Shown here: positions 38,413 through 48,172 of the stretch, in pieces | Position numbering within the stretch: position 1 is the stretch's first letter | How the letters are laid out: every line of letters begins with the position of its first letter | From: a virus | Lineage: Duplodnaviria; Caudoviricetes | Reading direction: 5' to 3' (one strand) | DNA: 64,000 bases | IMG/VR virus record: IMGVR_UViG_3300028380_000482 | Span: 32,001 to 96,000 of that record | The notes under the pieces: model-generated | Database searches by the model: none | What the model was told of the DNA's origin: nothing | Seen by the model: only the letters and a program-made list of their open reading frames with translations | Made by a program: the position numbers and the translations under genes

Positions 38413-41400
38413 TTATTCGCTCGTGCTATTCACGGTATAGAAGACTTTCGGCGTGGCGTTGATGCGCACGTTCGCCATTCCAACGCCGGTCGTTGATAGT
38501 GTGGAGTTAATATCACAGTGCATATAGACGTGGTCGCCTGCTGCGGGCGTGTTCGTCAGGGTAATAGGGGGACTCGTCGCTTGTTCTTCCCGACCCGTCG
38601 CCGCGAGTCCAAAGGTAATGAGCTGTTCATTGGCGACGGTGGTTGATCGCGCCGCAATCACTTCATTGTCGCTAATCGCTTGCCCCGAGCAGTGCATGGC
38701 GACGTTGCCTGCCGGTGAGCCTGCAACACTGTAGAGGGTAGGGCGAACCGTGACAGTGCCCGCATTCCAATTGAGGGGCATGGTAAAGTCGAAATCGAAG
38801 CCGTCGTTGTCATTGGCGCCGCAGGTGAACACCCCGACTTTCGGCTTTCCGCTTGCCACCACTTCTTCGGTGTAGACGCAGCCACCAAATTCTTTGGCCC
38901 CGACTTCCACCGATTTGAGCGGCTGGGCAGCGGCAGTGGGATACTCGACTTTGCCCGTCACATGATTTATCCGCATGTGGGTCAGATTACCAAGCTGAAA
39001 ATTGATGTCATAACCAGGAGCAGTGGAAGGAGCCCGCACGTTGACATCCCCGTCAGGCTTCGTCACTAACTGGCACCCGCTGACCGGGTCGCAGTACAGC
39101 GTCATGGTCATATCGGTGGGATCGTTACAGTCGCCGTCTCCGGTAATGTCGGTACAGAACACCACACCGTTGGCGAGAGAGCTAAGGCCGAGAATTTGCT
39201 TGCCACCGTTATAGGCTTCCTGCAAACTCGTGGCCCCTACAGTGTCGGTATCGACAGCAGGTAAGGAGATCGAAGTGCCAGCCGCGCACCCGCCAGTCGT
39301 CGGGCAGTAGAACAACAAGGCAGGATCGGGGGCGGACGCGGGTTGCATACACGTTTGCCCGGCAGAGAGCGCAACCGTAGTACAATCGGCGGCGGTAATA
39401 CTCACGGTTCCTGTCCCAGTTCCACAGGCTGCCCCCGTTCCGGCAAAGTTGCCACTAGAATTAACCGTAACGCACTCGTTGGCGGGAATCGTTTCGCTCA
39501 TACGGAGGAGAGAGCCCGAGCCGGTCGGAGTTTTGAGAGACAGGGTATCAAGTACGCCGCTGGCCGTCTGTTTCGTTGCCCCCAACACGTTCAACTCGGT
39601 TTGCGTGGCAATCTGCGGATCGAGCAGGGTTGCTACTTGGGTTGCGGTGAGGTCTTCAGGATCGCCCGTTGCGGCTGTGACCCGGCCTTTGATCGTGGCG
39701 GTTGCCATATCAGCGGCTTTGGTATTGGTCACCGCGTTCGCGGCAATCGTCGTGGCTCCATCACCAACTGAGGTGACATCGCCGGTATGGTTCGGAGCGA
39801 CATAGTTATTGGCGCCGTCGGCGACGTTGATGATCGACCGGACTTGGGCGGGAGTCAGGTCTTGTGGATCGCCCGTCCCAGCAGCCATGCGTCCTTTGAT
39901 CGTAGTAGTGGCAATATCGGCAAGTTGCGAATTGGTAACGGCGTTGGGTGCGATGGTCGTGACGGTACCCGCTGAGGTGACATCTCCGGTATAATTCGGA
40001 TGAACGTAATTATTCGCCCCATCGGCGACGTTGAGTAGCGTTCGGACTTGGGCGGGAGTCAGGTCTTCGGGATCGCCGGTTCCGGCTGAGACACGGCCTT
40101 TGAGCAGGCCAGAGGCCATATTGGCAAGGGTCGTATTGCTGACCGCATCCGGCGCCACACGCCAGTCACTCGCCGCGACTACGACATCAATCTGATTTTT
40201 CAGTCCGGTCGTCACCCCGCCGCCCGTCGCGCACGGACCGCCGAATGAGGTGAAGTTTCCGCTGGCATCCACTTTCACACAGGCGTCGGTGACAAATGCC
40301 CCGGTACTCCGCCGAAGGTCCGTCCCCGTTCCAATAATATTGAGGCCACCAAGGAGCGTCAGGTCATTATCAGCAACTTGTTTCTCGCTATCGAGTTCGG
40401 CCAGCGCAGCTTGGACTTGATTCGAGCCAATGGTTCCAGCGGGTATGACACTGATGGCGGACGCGGCGTGCGCTGCACTGGTCTGATTGATATGCGCCGC
40501 GAGTTCGGGTTCCGTCACAAACGACGGATCGAGCAGCGTGACGACCTGCCCGACAGTGAGGTCTTCAGGATCGCCAGTGGTCGCAGACACACGACCTTTA
40601 ATCGTGGCGGTCGGCACGTTATTCAGTTTCGCGTTGGTGATGGCATCGGGAACCACGACCCACGACGAGCCCGCACCGCCGCCGCCGGTGACAGCGATGT
40701 CCCCTTTGGTCCCGTCTACTACAGCACCAATGCCGCACGGCGCACCGACGCTACTCAAGTTACCGTTGCTATCAACCTTGACACAATCGTTCGTCACAAA
40801 ACTGCCAGTCCAGAGCCGAATATCCGCCCCGGTTCCCTGGAGAGTTTTCGTCGCCAGCGGGGTGAGGGTATCAGCATCGAGCGGCTGCAACGTCGCCACA
40901 ACGGCATTGAGTTCAGCTTGCGTCGCGACATCTGCCCCGTTACTGAGATTCCCGGAGGCATCAGTTGTGACGTAATGCCCCGCCGTGAAACTGCCGGTAC
41001 TGCGGCGCAAATCGCCCCCCGTACCGATGATCGTCAGTCCTGCCACGGTCGTGAGGTCAGGATCGGACGGCTGAAGCCCCGTAATGGCTGCCGTCAGTTC
41101 GGACGGAATGACGACATCGAAACATGCCTCAACCGCGCCCATCGTATCCACGCCAAGGGGCGAAAAACCTGGGGAGCAGTTCCCGCCATTGTTGACGAGT
41201 GCGGCTGCCGTATTTGGGACAAAGGCGTTGAGTTCGGCCTGCGTCGCTACATCTCCACCGCTTACGAAGTTGCCAAAGGTGTCCGTGGTGACGTAGTGGC
41301 CGATAGTAAAGGTGCTCGCGCTCCGGCGCAGATCACCGCCCGTGCCAATGATTTGCAATCCGGCCAGTATGGTGAGTTCAGGATCGGAGGGTTGCAGCCC

Positions 41401-42069
41401 GGCGACGGCGGTGGTGAGTTCAGACTGCGTCGCGAGTTGCGGATCTAAAATGGCCGCGACTTGGGCGGCGGTCAAATCTTCCGGGTCTCCGGTTCCTGCG
41501 GTCGTCCGCCCTTTGATAGTCCCATTTGCCATGTTCGCCAGTTTGGCGTTTGAGACGGCATCGTTGACAATGGTCCAGTTGGTGACCGCATCGACCACAT
41601 TGATGTCTGCTTTGATACCAGTAGAAACGGTATTATCTCCATCGAGGAGATCGGCGGGCACGTTTTTGAGCTTGGTCCAATCGACGGGATTGGTCGGCGT
41701 ATTGATGGTACCGGAGAGCGTGAGCCCGGTCGTCACGGCATCGAGTTCAATCTGACTCGCGACATCGAAACAGCCTTCGACAATCCCGCTGGCATCGATC
41801 CCGAGGGGGGCACTTCCAGCGACACAGTTGGCTCCATTCGCCGCAAGTGCTGCGGCGGTACTCGCCGCGCCACCTGCGGCCCCTTCCACGCGTACCCTGA
41901 GCCGTCCGGTGGTCGGATCGAAGTCACAGACGATGCCAGTGCCGACACAATCCATTTGAAAGGCCGTCCGCAAGAACGTCCCTTCGTCCATCATCCGCAT
42001 GGGGGGCAGTTCAGCGGAGACGGGCGCAGCTAACAGAACAAGTAGGGAAAGCAGGAAGAGGAATATCAT
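38413..42069 (-). CDS. Secreted giant fibre protein with phage tail-fibre repeats
   Basis: Signal peptide ending PVSA; five copies of AVxNxxLxxxxxxxIKGRxxAxTGDPEDLT; about 24 Cys in local pairs. Confidence 0.8.
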   Translation of the reverse strand: MIFLFLLSLLVLLAAPVSAELPPMRMMDEGTFLRTAFQMDCVGTGIVCDFDPTTGRLRVRVEGAAGGAASTAAALAANGANCVAGSAPLGIDASGIVEGCFDVASQIELDAVTTGLTLSGTINTPTNPVDWTKLKNVPADLLDGDNTVSTGIKADINVVDAVTNWTIVNDAVSNAKLANMANGTIKGRTTAGTGDPEDLTAAQVAAILDPQLATQSELTTAVAGLQPSDPELTILAGLQIIGTGGDLRRSASTFTIGHYVTTDTFGNFVSGGDVATQAELNAFVPNTAAALVNNGGNCSPGFSPLGVDTMGAVEACFDVVIPSELTAAITGLQPSDPDLTTVAGLTIIGTGGDLRRSTGSFTAGHYVTTDASGNLSNGADVATQAELNAVVATLQPLDADTLTPLATKTLQGTGADIRLWTGSFVTNDCVKVDSNGNLSSVGAPCGIGAVVDGTKGDIAVTGGGGAGSSWVVVPDAITNAKLNNVPTATIKGRVSATTGDPEDLTVGQVVTLLDPSFVTEPELAAHINQTSAAHAASAISVIPAGTIGSNQVQAALAELDSEKQVADNDLTLLGGLNIIGTGTDLRRSTGAFVTDACVKVDASGNFTSFGGPCATGGGVTTGLKNQIDVVVAASDWRVAPDAVSNTTLANMASGLLKGRVSAGTGDPEDLTPAQVRTLLNVADGANNYVHPNYTGDVTSAGTVTTIAPNAVTNSQLADIATTTIKGRMAAGTGDPQDLTPAQVRSIINVADGANNYVAPNHTGDVTSVGDGATTIAANAVTNTKAADMATATIKGRVTAATGDPEDLTATQVATLLDPQIATQTELNVLGATKQTASGVLDTLSLKTPTGSGSLLRMSETIPANECVTVNSSGNFAGTGAACGTGTGTVSITAADCTTVALSAGQTCMQPASAPDPALLFYCPTTGGCAAGTSISLPAVDTDTVGATSLQEAYNGGKQILGLSSLANGVVFCTDITGDGDCNDPTDMTMTLYCDPVSGCQLVTKPDGDVNVRAPSTAPGYDINFQLGNLTHMRINHVTGKVEYPTAAAQPLKSVEVGAKEFGGCVYTEEVVASGKPKVGVFTCGANDNDGFDFDFTMPLNWNAGTVTVRPTLYSVAGSPAGNVAMHCSGQAISDNEVIAARSTTVANEQLITFGLAATGREEQATSPPITLTNTPAAGDHVYMHCDINSTLSTTGVGMANVRINATPKVFYTVNSTSE

Positions 42070-42104
42070 GTGGAAGTATCCCGTTGCGTGTGAAAATCAT
42101 GGTC

Positions 42105-42476
42105 TCACCAAACATTTATTTTGAGATTGACCGTCCCCGCCGTTTCGAGAATGCCGCAGAATTGCCCCGCCCATCCTGAGTCGATGGTGACCGTGACGGA
42201 CGCGCCAGGATAGAGCGGCTCCCCAACCGGGGTCGTAATTAAGGTCGTACAGTCCCCTTGGATCTTGGTAATCAGTAAGACGGTATTGGAGGACGAGAGC
42301 GAGTAGAACGTCACCCCTTTGCGAATCGAGGGGACGAGCGCAACAGCGGTCGCGGTATTGGTGAGGGCGGTGATCGTCGGGACTGAGGCCCCGTCTTTAT
42401 AGGCGGGCGGCACTTGTCCCGAGGCAAGCAGCGCAGAAGAAAAAAAGAGCAGGGAGCAAACCAGGATTCGGAACAT
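42105..42476 (-). CDS. Small secreted beta-rich protein
   Basis: Signal peptide MFRILVCSLLFFSSALLASG; one Cys pair in the mature part. Confidence 0.65.
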   Translation of the reverse strand: MFRILVCSLLFFSSALLASGQVPPAYKDGASVPTITALTNTATAVALVPSIRKGVTFYSLSSSNTVLLITKIQGDCTTLITTPVGEPLYPGASVTVTIDSGWAGQFCGILETAGTVNLKINVW

Positions 42477-42537
42477 GATGAGGGGTCCCCCAGGGATCGG
42501 TGTAAGAAGGTGAATGCTCTAGCCTTAGTGTACTACG

Positions 42538-43035
42538 CTAGACCTCAGACTTTCTAGGTAGGGGTTTCTCGTAGTGTTCGATATGCGGGTCGAGATTTTC
42601 CACTGCGACCTGCCGATCTTCAGTTGGTTCATACGTGCTCCGCAGTTGCCATTCCGTAGTTCCATTTTGATAGGGAGCCTCAGCCAGTCCCCCCGGCTCA
42701 TCTTGATTGGCTATGAGAATTTGCTCGACGGCTTCGATAAAGACCGTGTACGTATCGAGTAACGCGGCAATCACAGGGTCAGGATTGGCGAGATTTTGCG
42801 CGAGTGTCACCGTGCGCACGATGTCAGGAAACCTGGCTTTAATTGTATCGGGTGCCCCTTCGACTGTGGCAGGCACGGTTTCTTGCACGCCCAAGTAAAT
42901 GTTGTCTTCGGTCAGGCGGGCGGGCGCGAGATAGAAGCTCGCCGTTCGATTCCGCAATTCAACCTCGGCACGCACCAGATATAAAACATCGTAAGTATCG
43001 GGATAAATGATGATAGGCGTATCAAGTTTAATCAT
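42538..43035 (-). CDS. Hypothetical protein (possible tail fibre chaperone)
   Basis: ATGA-coupled to the central fibre gene; starts MIKLDTP. Confidence 0.6.
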   Translation of the reverse strand: MIKLDTPIIIYPDTYDVLYLVRAEVELRNRTASFYLAPARLTEDNIYLGVQETVPATVEGAPDTIKARFPDIVRTVTLAQNLANPDPVIAALLDTYTVFIEAVEQILIANQDEPGGLAEAPYQNGTTEWQLRSTYEPTEDRQVAVENLDPHIEHYEKPLPRKSEV

Positions 43036-46000
43036 ACTGAAACCCAAATATAGCCAATGATGGTACCGCCGATGCTGTAGAGTGGCAGACGGCGGTTTGG
43101 TGTCGTGCCAGGGGGCACGGAACTCTGTAAGGCATCCGTCCCGAGGCGGCCCCCGACGAAGGTCCCAGCCGTGCCGCTGGTACTGAAAATAATATTGTTC
43201 GCACTGGTCAGGCCAATCGAGGACCAACGAAAACTGCTCGTCCCGAGCTGTAAAATGATCCCGTTATTATTGGTGGACGGGCGCAGCTCCAACGCCCCAC
43301 CCGTCCCGGCGACTTTGGACTGTTCGAGGCCCGCCCCATCCTGAAAGATCAGACTCGCGGGTGCGCCCACTTGACTTTCTATACGGATGGCCGCCGGGGC
43401 ATCGATCATAATTTCACTGGCCCCGTTCCCGACCTGATTGACCCGCAGCATCCCGGTAATAATTTTCGTCGCACTGAGATCATTGATCTTGGCATTGGTC
43501 ACCGCCAAATCTTGGATCTTGGCATTACTCACAGCGAGGTCTTGAATCTTCGCCGTCCCCACCGCTAAGTCTTGGATCTTCGCCGTTCCGACTGCCAAGT
43601 CTTGGATCTTGGCCGAACTCACCGACAGATTTTGTAGCTTGGGATTGCTAATGGAGTCATCGGTGTGATCATCAGTAATCAGTCGCTGAATCAAAATGCT
43701 ATTGCCAGAAGACGGAGAGAACGGACTCAGGTTTGCTGGGTTGCCCGTCGCGACAAACGTGTTATCTCCCACCTTGAACCAGTAATAATACGTGATGCCA
43801 TAAACAATATCCTGATCGACATGCTTGAGTTGCTTTCCTTGGGCGATGACGACCGCGCTGGCTGTGTCATTGACGGTATTGCGATAGAAGAGAATCGTTC
43901 CCCAATCAGGGGGCACGTTGACCACCGCCTGAATCCCGACCGCCTTGGCTCCGGCTTGCCAGAGGAGGACCGCACTTCCGGCGGCGGGCGTCGTGGCATC
44001 GCCAGGGGCCGGGAACGCCACAATGAGCACCGGCTGGCTAAAGCGGAAGTCCGCCGCGTTGGCGCCGTTGTAGCTGTAACAGGTAAAGTCATAGCTCAGC
44101 CCCGGCTCTAGATTATGCACCGCTTGCACGGCCGTTTGCCCCAGTGTCACTGGCTGCGTCACTTCGATGAATTGCGCCGACCCGACTACATTAGCCCGGA
44201 ACTTCAAATCACTGACGTTGAAGTTGGGCGCATTCGCTTGCACCGTCACGGACACTTTCACCGTCCCGTCGCTGGTCTGAAATGGGACCGCCGCGACGAT
44301 GGCAAACCCGATCGGTTGCGGGGGGATGGTAAATCGATAATCGACCAGCGGCGGAATGCCGAGCGACTGCACTGGTTGTGAGACGTAATTGTAAATGTTC
44401 GGGTCGAAGCCCTGCACACTGAACGCGAGCCCACCAGCAGACGAGGTCCGTTTCGAGACCAGCATAACGCGCCCGTCCAAGTCCGGGTCGTTGCCCGTGT
44501 GAAGCTGGATAAGATCGTTCACCTTGACCGCTTGGAGTTCAAGACTATCGGCAGAGAACTCCGCCCGATACAACGCGGAGGCTTGGTTCTTGGTCAAGTA
44601 ATAATAGACTTCGCGGTCTACACTACGGACCGCAAGATAGGGAAACTCGCGTGTCACAGTGGACCCGTTCGCACTGCCGAGGCGGAGCTGACTGACCGCG
44701 TAACTTTCACTGCCACCGAAGTCCCGAATCAGTTGCGCCTTAAAGGTGAGTTGCTTGTATTGATCGAGCAAGTTATAGGACGCTGGTTCAAAAGTGATGT
44801 TCTCCCAAAACGGCTCGATTTCGCCTTCTCCTGCATGAACCGCGTTCAGGACGTGAATCGCGGCGCTGTCAGCAGTATCGGTATACTGCCCCAAGTCGTT
44901 GACGCCAATCGCTTCGCCGTGAAACGTGAGATCGCCGATTACATCGAGGGCGAGCCGTTGCGAAGACAACCCCCCTTCGGCAAAGATCGCCGCGCCGTCG
45001 AGCACCATCGCTGCGTCTCCGAACGACACGGTATCAATCGGCACCCCGCAGCCATCAATCGGATCACTGAGCAACGCTTGCTTTATCGCAGCGGGGTTGT
45101 TGCCGTACTCGGTGGAGGTAAACGTAGCACTGATAACGGCGGGTCCACCGTTGGTATCCCGCTGTGGCGTCGTGAAGCGAACAGTGGTCAGTCCGGGGAG
45201 TGGTTCAGCAACGCTCGCGTCGAACGTGACCGCATTACTGCGATACACACTATGAATGCTCAATGCGCCTGGCGTCAGCGGCGTGCGAAACGGGCCGTAG
45301 TCCCAGGTGTTGGACTTGAACGAACCTGACGTGTTGCCGACCGGGTTGCTCGTCACCGTCGAAAAAAGGGTCGTCGTCAGATCATCGAAAATGGTGAGTT
45401 GCAATTCTCCCTGACTATTGACAATCCGAATATTCCCGAAGTGGGCACCGTATCCGCCGGTGACGTTGGATTCACAGCCGAGGGTATAATAAAAAAGGGT
45501 CTGCCCGACTAAGGCAGACAGAGAGATAGTCCGCCGATACCACTGATTAAACGCGACCGCGTTCAGGTCCGTTGCCGGATGGACCGAGAGGCCCGATTGA
45601 TCGACGGTGCCAGAGGCGCGTAGCGTGATCCCACCAGCGGTGGCGAGGTCAACGGCAATCTGTGAAGACGGAATGAACCAGCGGACATCGTATTCGAGCA
45701 CGTCGCCAAACTTAACGAGGTACTGCGGGACGTTATCCATGTTGACGTAACAGAACGACTCGGCACTGCCGACCATCTGAAACTCAATGTGGAGATAGGG
45801 ACGCTGGCAGAGCGGGAGGGGAACTTTGTACATCGTCCCCCACGGCCAGATCACAGCCGGGTCGCCGCTCACGCCCAGATTGGAGAAGTCTGCCGAGGGA
45901 AAGACGTCGCGAACCAGTCGTTTCGGAATCTGCACTTGCAGTGGGGCGGCGGCGTTTTCTTCGATGGTGAGGGTTTGTCGTTCTGGCCCGCTATTGATCC

Positions 46001-46379
46001 GCGTAATGATGCCGCTCTGTCGTTCTAACAGCCTGTTGCTTTCGACTTCCCACAGTTCTCCGGTGGCTGAGAGTCCGAGCAGTTGGCGAGGCGACGGACC
46101 TTTGTTAATGTTGATATTACTCGTGACAGCGGTGATCCGACGCGTGCCGGGCGTCCCGTCGAAGGTATCGGGCACTTCCTGTTCGAATACGAGCGGACTC
46201 AGGAGCTTGGTTTCAATATTGTCGGCGAGCGGAGATTCTTCGACGTAGTCATCGACCTGATAGCCAGTCGCGTCGTAGCCATCGGCTTCGTAGCCGCCAG
46301 GACGAGGAATCGCAGCCGGGTAAAAATCGGCAATCGTTGGGTATCCAGCAACACTCAGGCGAGAGAGTAACGTCGTCAC
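43032..46379 (-). CDS. Tail tip hub / central fibre protein
   Basis: Position after TMP and Dit; Fn3-like domains; tandem AVxTAKIQDL repeats. Confidence 0.75.
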   Translation of the reverse strand: MTTLLSRLSVAGYPTIADFYPAAIPRPGGYEADGYDATGYQVDDYVEESPLADNIETKLLSPLVFEQEVPDTFDGTPGTRRITAVTSNININKGPSPRQLLGLSATGELWEVESNRLLERQSGIITRINSGPERQTLTIEENAAAPLQVQIPKRLVRDVFPSADFSNLGVSGDPAVIWPWGTMYKVPLPLCQRPYLHIEFQMVGSAESFCYVNMDNVPQYLVKFGDVLEYDVRWFIPSSQIAVDLATAGGITLRASGTVDQSGLSVHPATDLNAVAFNQWYRRTISLSALVGQTLFYYTLGCESNVTGGYGAHFGNIRIVNSQGELQLTIFDDLTTTLFSTVTSNPVGNTSGSFKSNTWDYGPFRTPLTPGALSIHSVYRSNAVTFDASVAEPLPGLTTVRFTTPQRDTNGGPAVISATFTSTEYGNNPAAIKQALLSDPIDGCGVPIDTVSFGDAAMVLDGAAIFAEGGLSSQRLALDVIGDLTFHGEAIGVNDLGQYTDTADSAAIHVLNAVHAGEGEIEPFWENITFEPASYNLLDQYKQLTFKAQLIRDFGGSESYAVSQLRLGSANGSTVTREFPYLAVRSVDREVYYYLTKNQASALYRAEFSADSLELQAVKVNDLIQLHTGNDPDLDGRVMLVSKRTSSAGGLAFSVQGFDPNIYNYVSQPVQSLGIPPLVDYRFTIPPQPIGFAIVAAVPFQTSDGTVKVSVTVQANAPNFNVSDLKFRANVVGSAQFIEVTQPVTLGQTAVQAVHNLEPGLSYDFTCYSYNGANAADFRFSQPVLIVAFPAPGDATTPAAGSAVLLWQAGAKAVGIQAVVNVPPDWGTILFYRNTVNDTASAVVIAQGKQLKHVDQDIVYGITYYYWFKVGDNTFVATGNPANLSPFSPSSGNSILIQRLITDDHTDDSISNPKLQNLSVSSAKIQDLAVGTAKIQDLAVGTAKIQDLAVSNAKIQDLAVTNAKINDLSATKIITGMLRVNQVGNGASEIMIDAPAAIRIESQVGAPASLIFQDGAGLEQSKVAGTGGALELRPSTNNNGIILQLGTSSFRWSSIGLTSANNIIFSTSGTAGTFVGGRLGTDALQSSVPPGTTPNRRLPLYSIGGTIIGYIWVSV

Positions 46380-48163
46380 TGTGCCACCCTCACCACCGAG
46401 AACTCCGGCGACCGCGCCGCCGTGGCGTTAATATTCTGGTTCCCCCCTGCCGTGTGAGAAACGCAGAGTTCTACATAGTCTCCGATGTTCATATAGAGGG
46501 CGATACTGGGACAACAACAACGAATCTCTGCCGAGCCACCAACTGGACCGCCCTCAATAGCCACTTCCACCGTGCCGTTATGGCGGATATGCGCATAGCG
46601 TGAGCCGACCGAGCTGCCTGCTGCCCATTCAACCGAGCCGCTCAACATGAACCAGCCTTCCACGTCCACTGTCACACGAGAGTTATTTACCGTGGTCGAA
46701 TGCCAGCCCGGAGCATCGTTTCGCTCCAAATCAAAGCCGATGGGCGTGACAACCCCACTCACAATCCCCCCTTGCCCTGTGGTCCGCGTAACTCGACAGC
46801 CAAGCATCCCCGGCGCGCCGCGCGCATACTGCTTCGCAGGAGTGCCCCCAACTAAGGTATTGTCATGGACCGAAGCCGTTGCATAGTTTGCTGGAAGCGA
46901 AAGGCCCCATCCCATGAACGCATTGTCGGCGATAATATGCCAATCGTCGGTGGTAATGCTGAGAAAGTTTCCTGTTCCACTGCCTTTGTCGCTGGTCCGG
47001 CAGCCCACCAGGGAGAGCCTCCCACTGGTTTGCAGGATCGTCGAGCTGGTAAAGCTAATATTGGCATCACGAGGGAAGCTACATCCGGCGACTGTCACTT
47101 GCCCGCCGCTCACATGGAGGCAGGTCGTGTTGACGCCTTCGGACGTGTAGAGGCGGCAGCCTGCCATACTAAGGAACCCGCCCGACACTTGAATCGAGGC
47201 CAGGGAATCCGTGACCACCGTCGCGACATGCGATCCGCCAATATCGACCGTACCGCCTTGAATAAGAATCGCCTGCTTGCCCGCCACCCCATGCCCAATC
47301 GAACAGCCCGCAAGCGAGAGCCGTCCCTCAATCATGATGATGCCACACGAACTATCGAACGTGCAGGAGGTCATGGTCGTCCACGTCGGACCGGTGGCCC
47401 CTAAGAAGAACCGAACCGCCCGCCCACCATTAAACAAACAGTTAGATATGTGGAGGTCATCCATCCGGCCACAGTTGATCGGATACGTGGTCGTCGAGGC
47501 CGAGAGCGCGGTAATTTGATTCGCATTGCAGCCAAACACCCACGCATGGAGCGAGTCGATATAGACACTGTCTAAGGAGCCATCGATATGAATCCCGACG
47601 TTAAAGGCCGACATCTCCAGATTTTGGATCACAGAACCGCCACTATTGCCGCGCATGTCGATCCCATCCCAAGCGCGAACAATCCGCACACCGTCCACGC
47701 GAAACCGAGGGCAGTTCTGGGCATAGATCGCCGGTACGTAATGGGTCATCGCCGCGACCGTGGTCACATTGGGTTGATCGAAGACGATTTGCAGATGTTC
47801 AACTGAGGACCCGAGTTCGCCACCCCGGAGATGAATCACCCCCGGTGTCGCCGTCGTTCCTGCCGGGACATGAATCTTGGTTTGGTCGGCACCCGCGCCG
47901 ATCAAACGGACTTGGCGGTCGGTGGGGAAGACGATAGCCGTGACAGAGCGATAGGTTCCCGGTGGTACAAAGACGCAGCCACCTGAAAGCGGAACCGCAT
48001 TGATCGCGGCTTGAATCGCCGTCCCGTCGTTGCCGGTATCATTGCCGAGGGCTCCGTAGGCCGCTTCTTTGACATCGAAGTGCAGATTATTAGCAAAGTT
48101 AATGACCGCCGTGGTATCTTGCGGCTGATATTTGACGGGAGGAATCCGGGTAACAAGTGTCAC
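46376..48163 (-). CDS. Tailspike/depolymerase (pectate lyase 3-like beta-helix plus C1q-like domain)
   Basis: YGALGNDTGNDGTAIQAAI...VFVPPGTY; C-terminal ALYMNIGDYVEL. Confidence 0.8.
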   Translation of the reverse strand: MTLVTRIPPVKYQPQDTTAVINFANNLHFDVKEAAYGALGNDTGNDGTAIQAAINAVPLSGGCVFVPPGTYRSVTAIVFPTDRQVRLIGAGADQTKIHVPAGTTATPGVIHLRGGELGSSVEHLQIVFDQPNVTTVAAMTHYVPAIYAQNCPRFRVDGVRIVRAWDGIDMRGNSGGSVIQNLEMSAFNVGIHIDGSLDSVYIDSLHAWVFGCNANQITALSASTTTYPINCGRMDDLHISNCLFNGGRAVRFFLGATGPTWTTMTSCTFDSSCGIIMIEGRLSLAGCSIGHGVAGKQAILIQGGTVDIGGSHVATVVTDSLASIQVSGGFLSMAGCRLYTSEGVNTTCLHVSGGQVTVAGCSFPRDANISFTSSTILQTSGRLSLVGCRTSDKGSGTGNFLSITTDDWHIIADNAFMGWGLSLPANYATASVHDNTLVGGTPAKQYARGAPGMLGCRVTRTTGQGGIVSGVVTPIGFDLERNDAPGWHSTTVNNSRVTVDVEGWFMLSGSVEWAAGSSVGSRYAHIRHNGTVEVAIEGGPVGGSAEIRCCCPSIALYMNIGDYVELCVSHTAGGNQNINATAARSPEFSVVRVAQ

Positions 48164-48172
48164 AAGTAGTTC

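Noticed and set aside
38413-42069. Diversity-generating retroelement TR/VR pair
   Set aside because: The repeats are in-frame protein repeats with no evident adenine-specific pattern, and no reverse transcriptase is in the window.
42500-42560. Internal promoter for the secreted-protein block
   Set aside because: A TACACT -10 is present on the - strand, but the -35 match is too weak to call.
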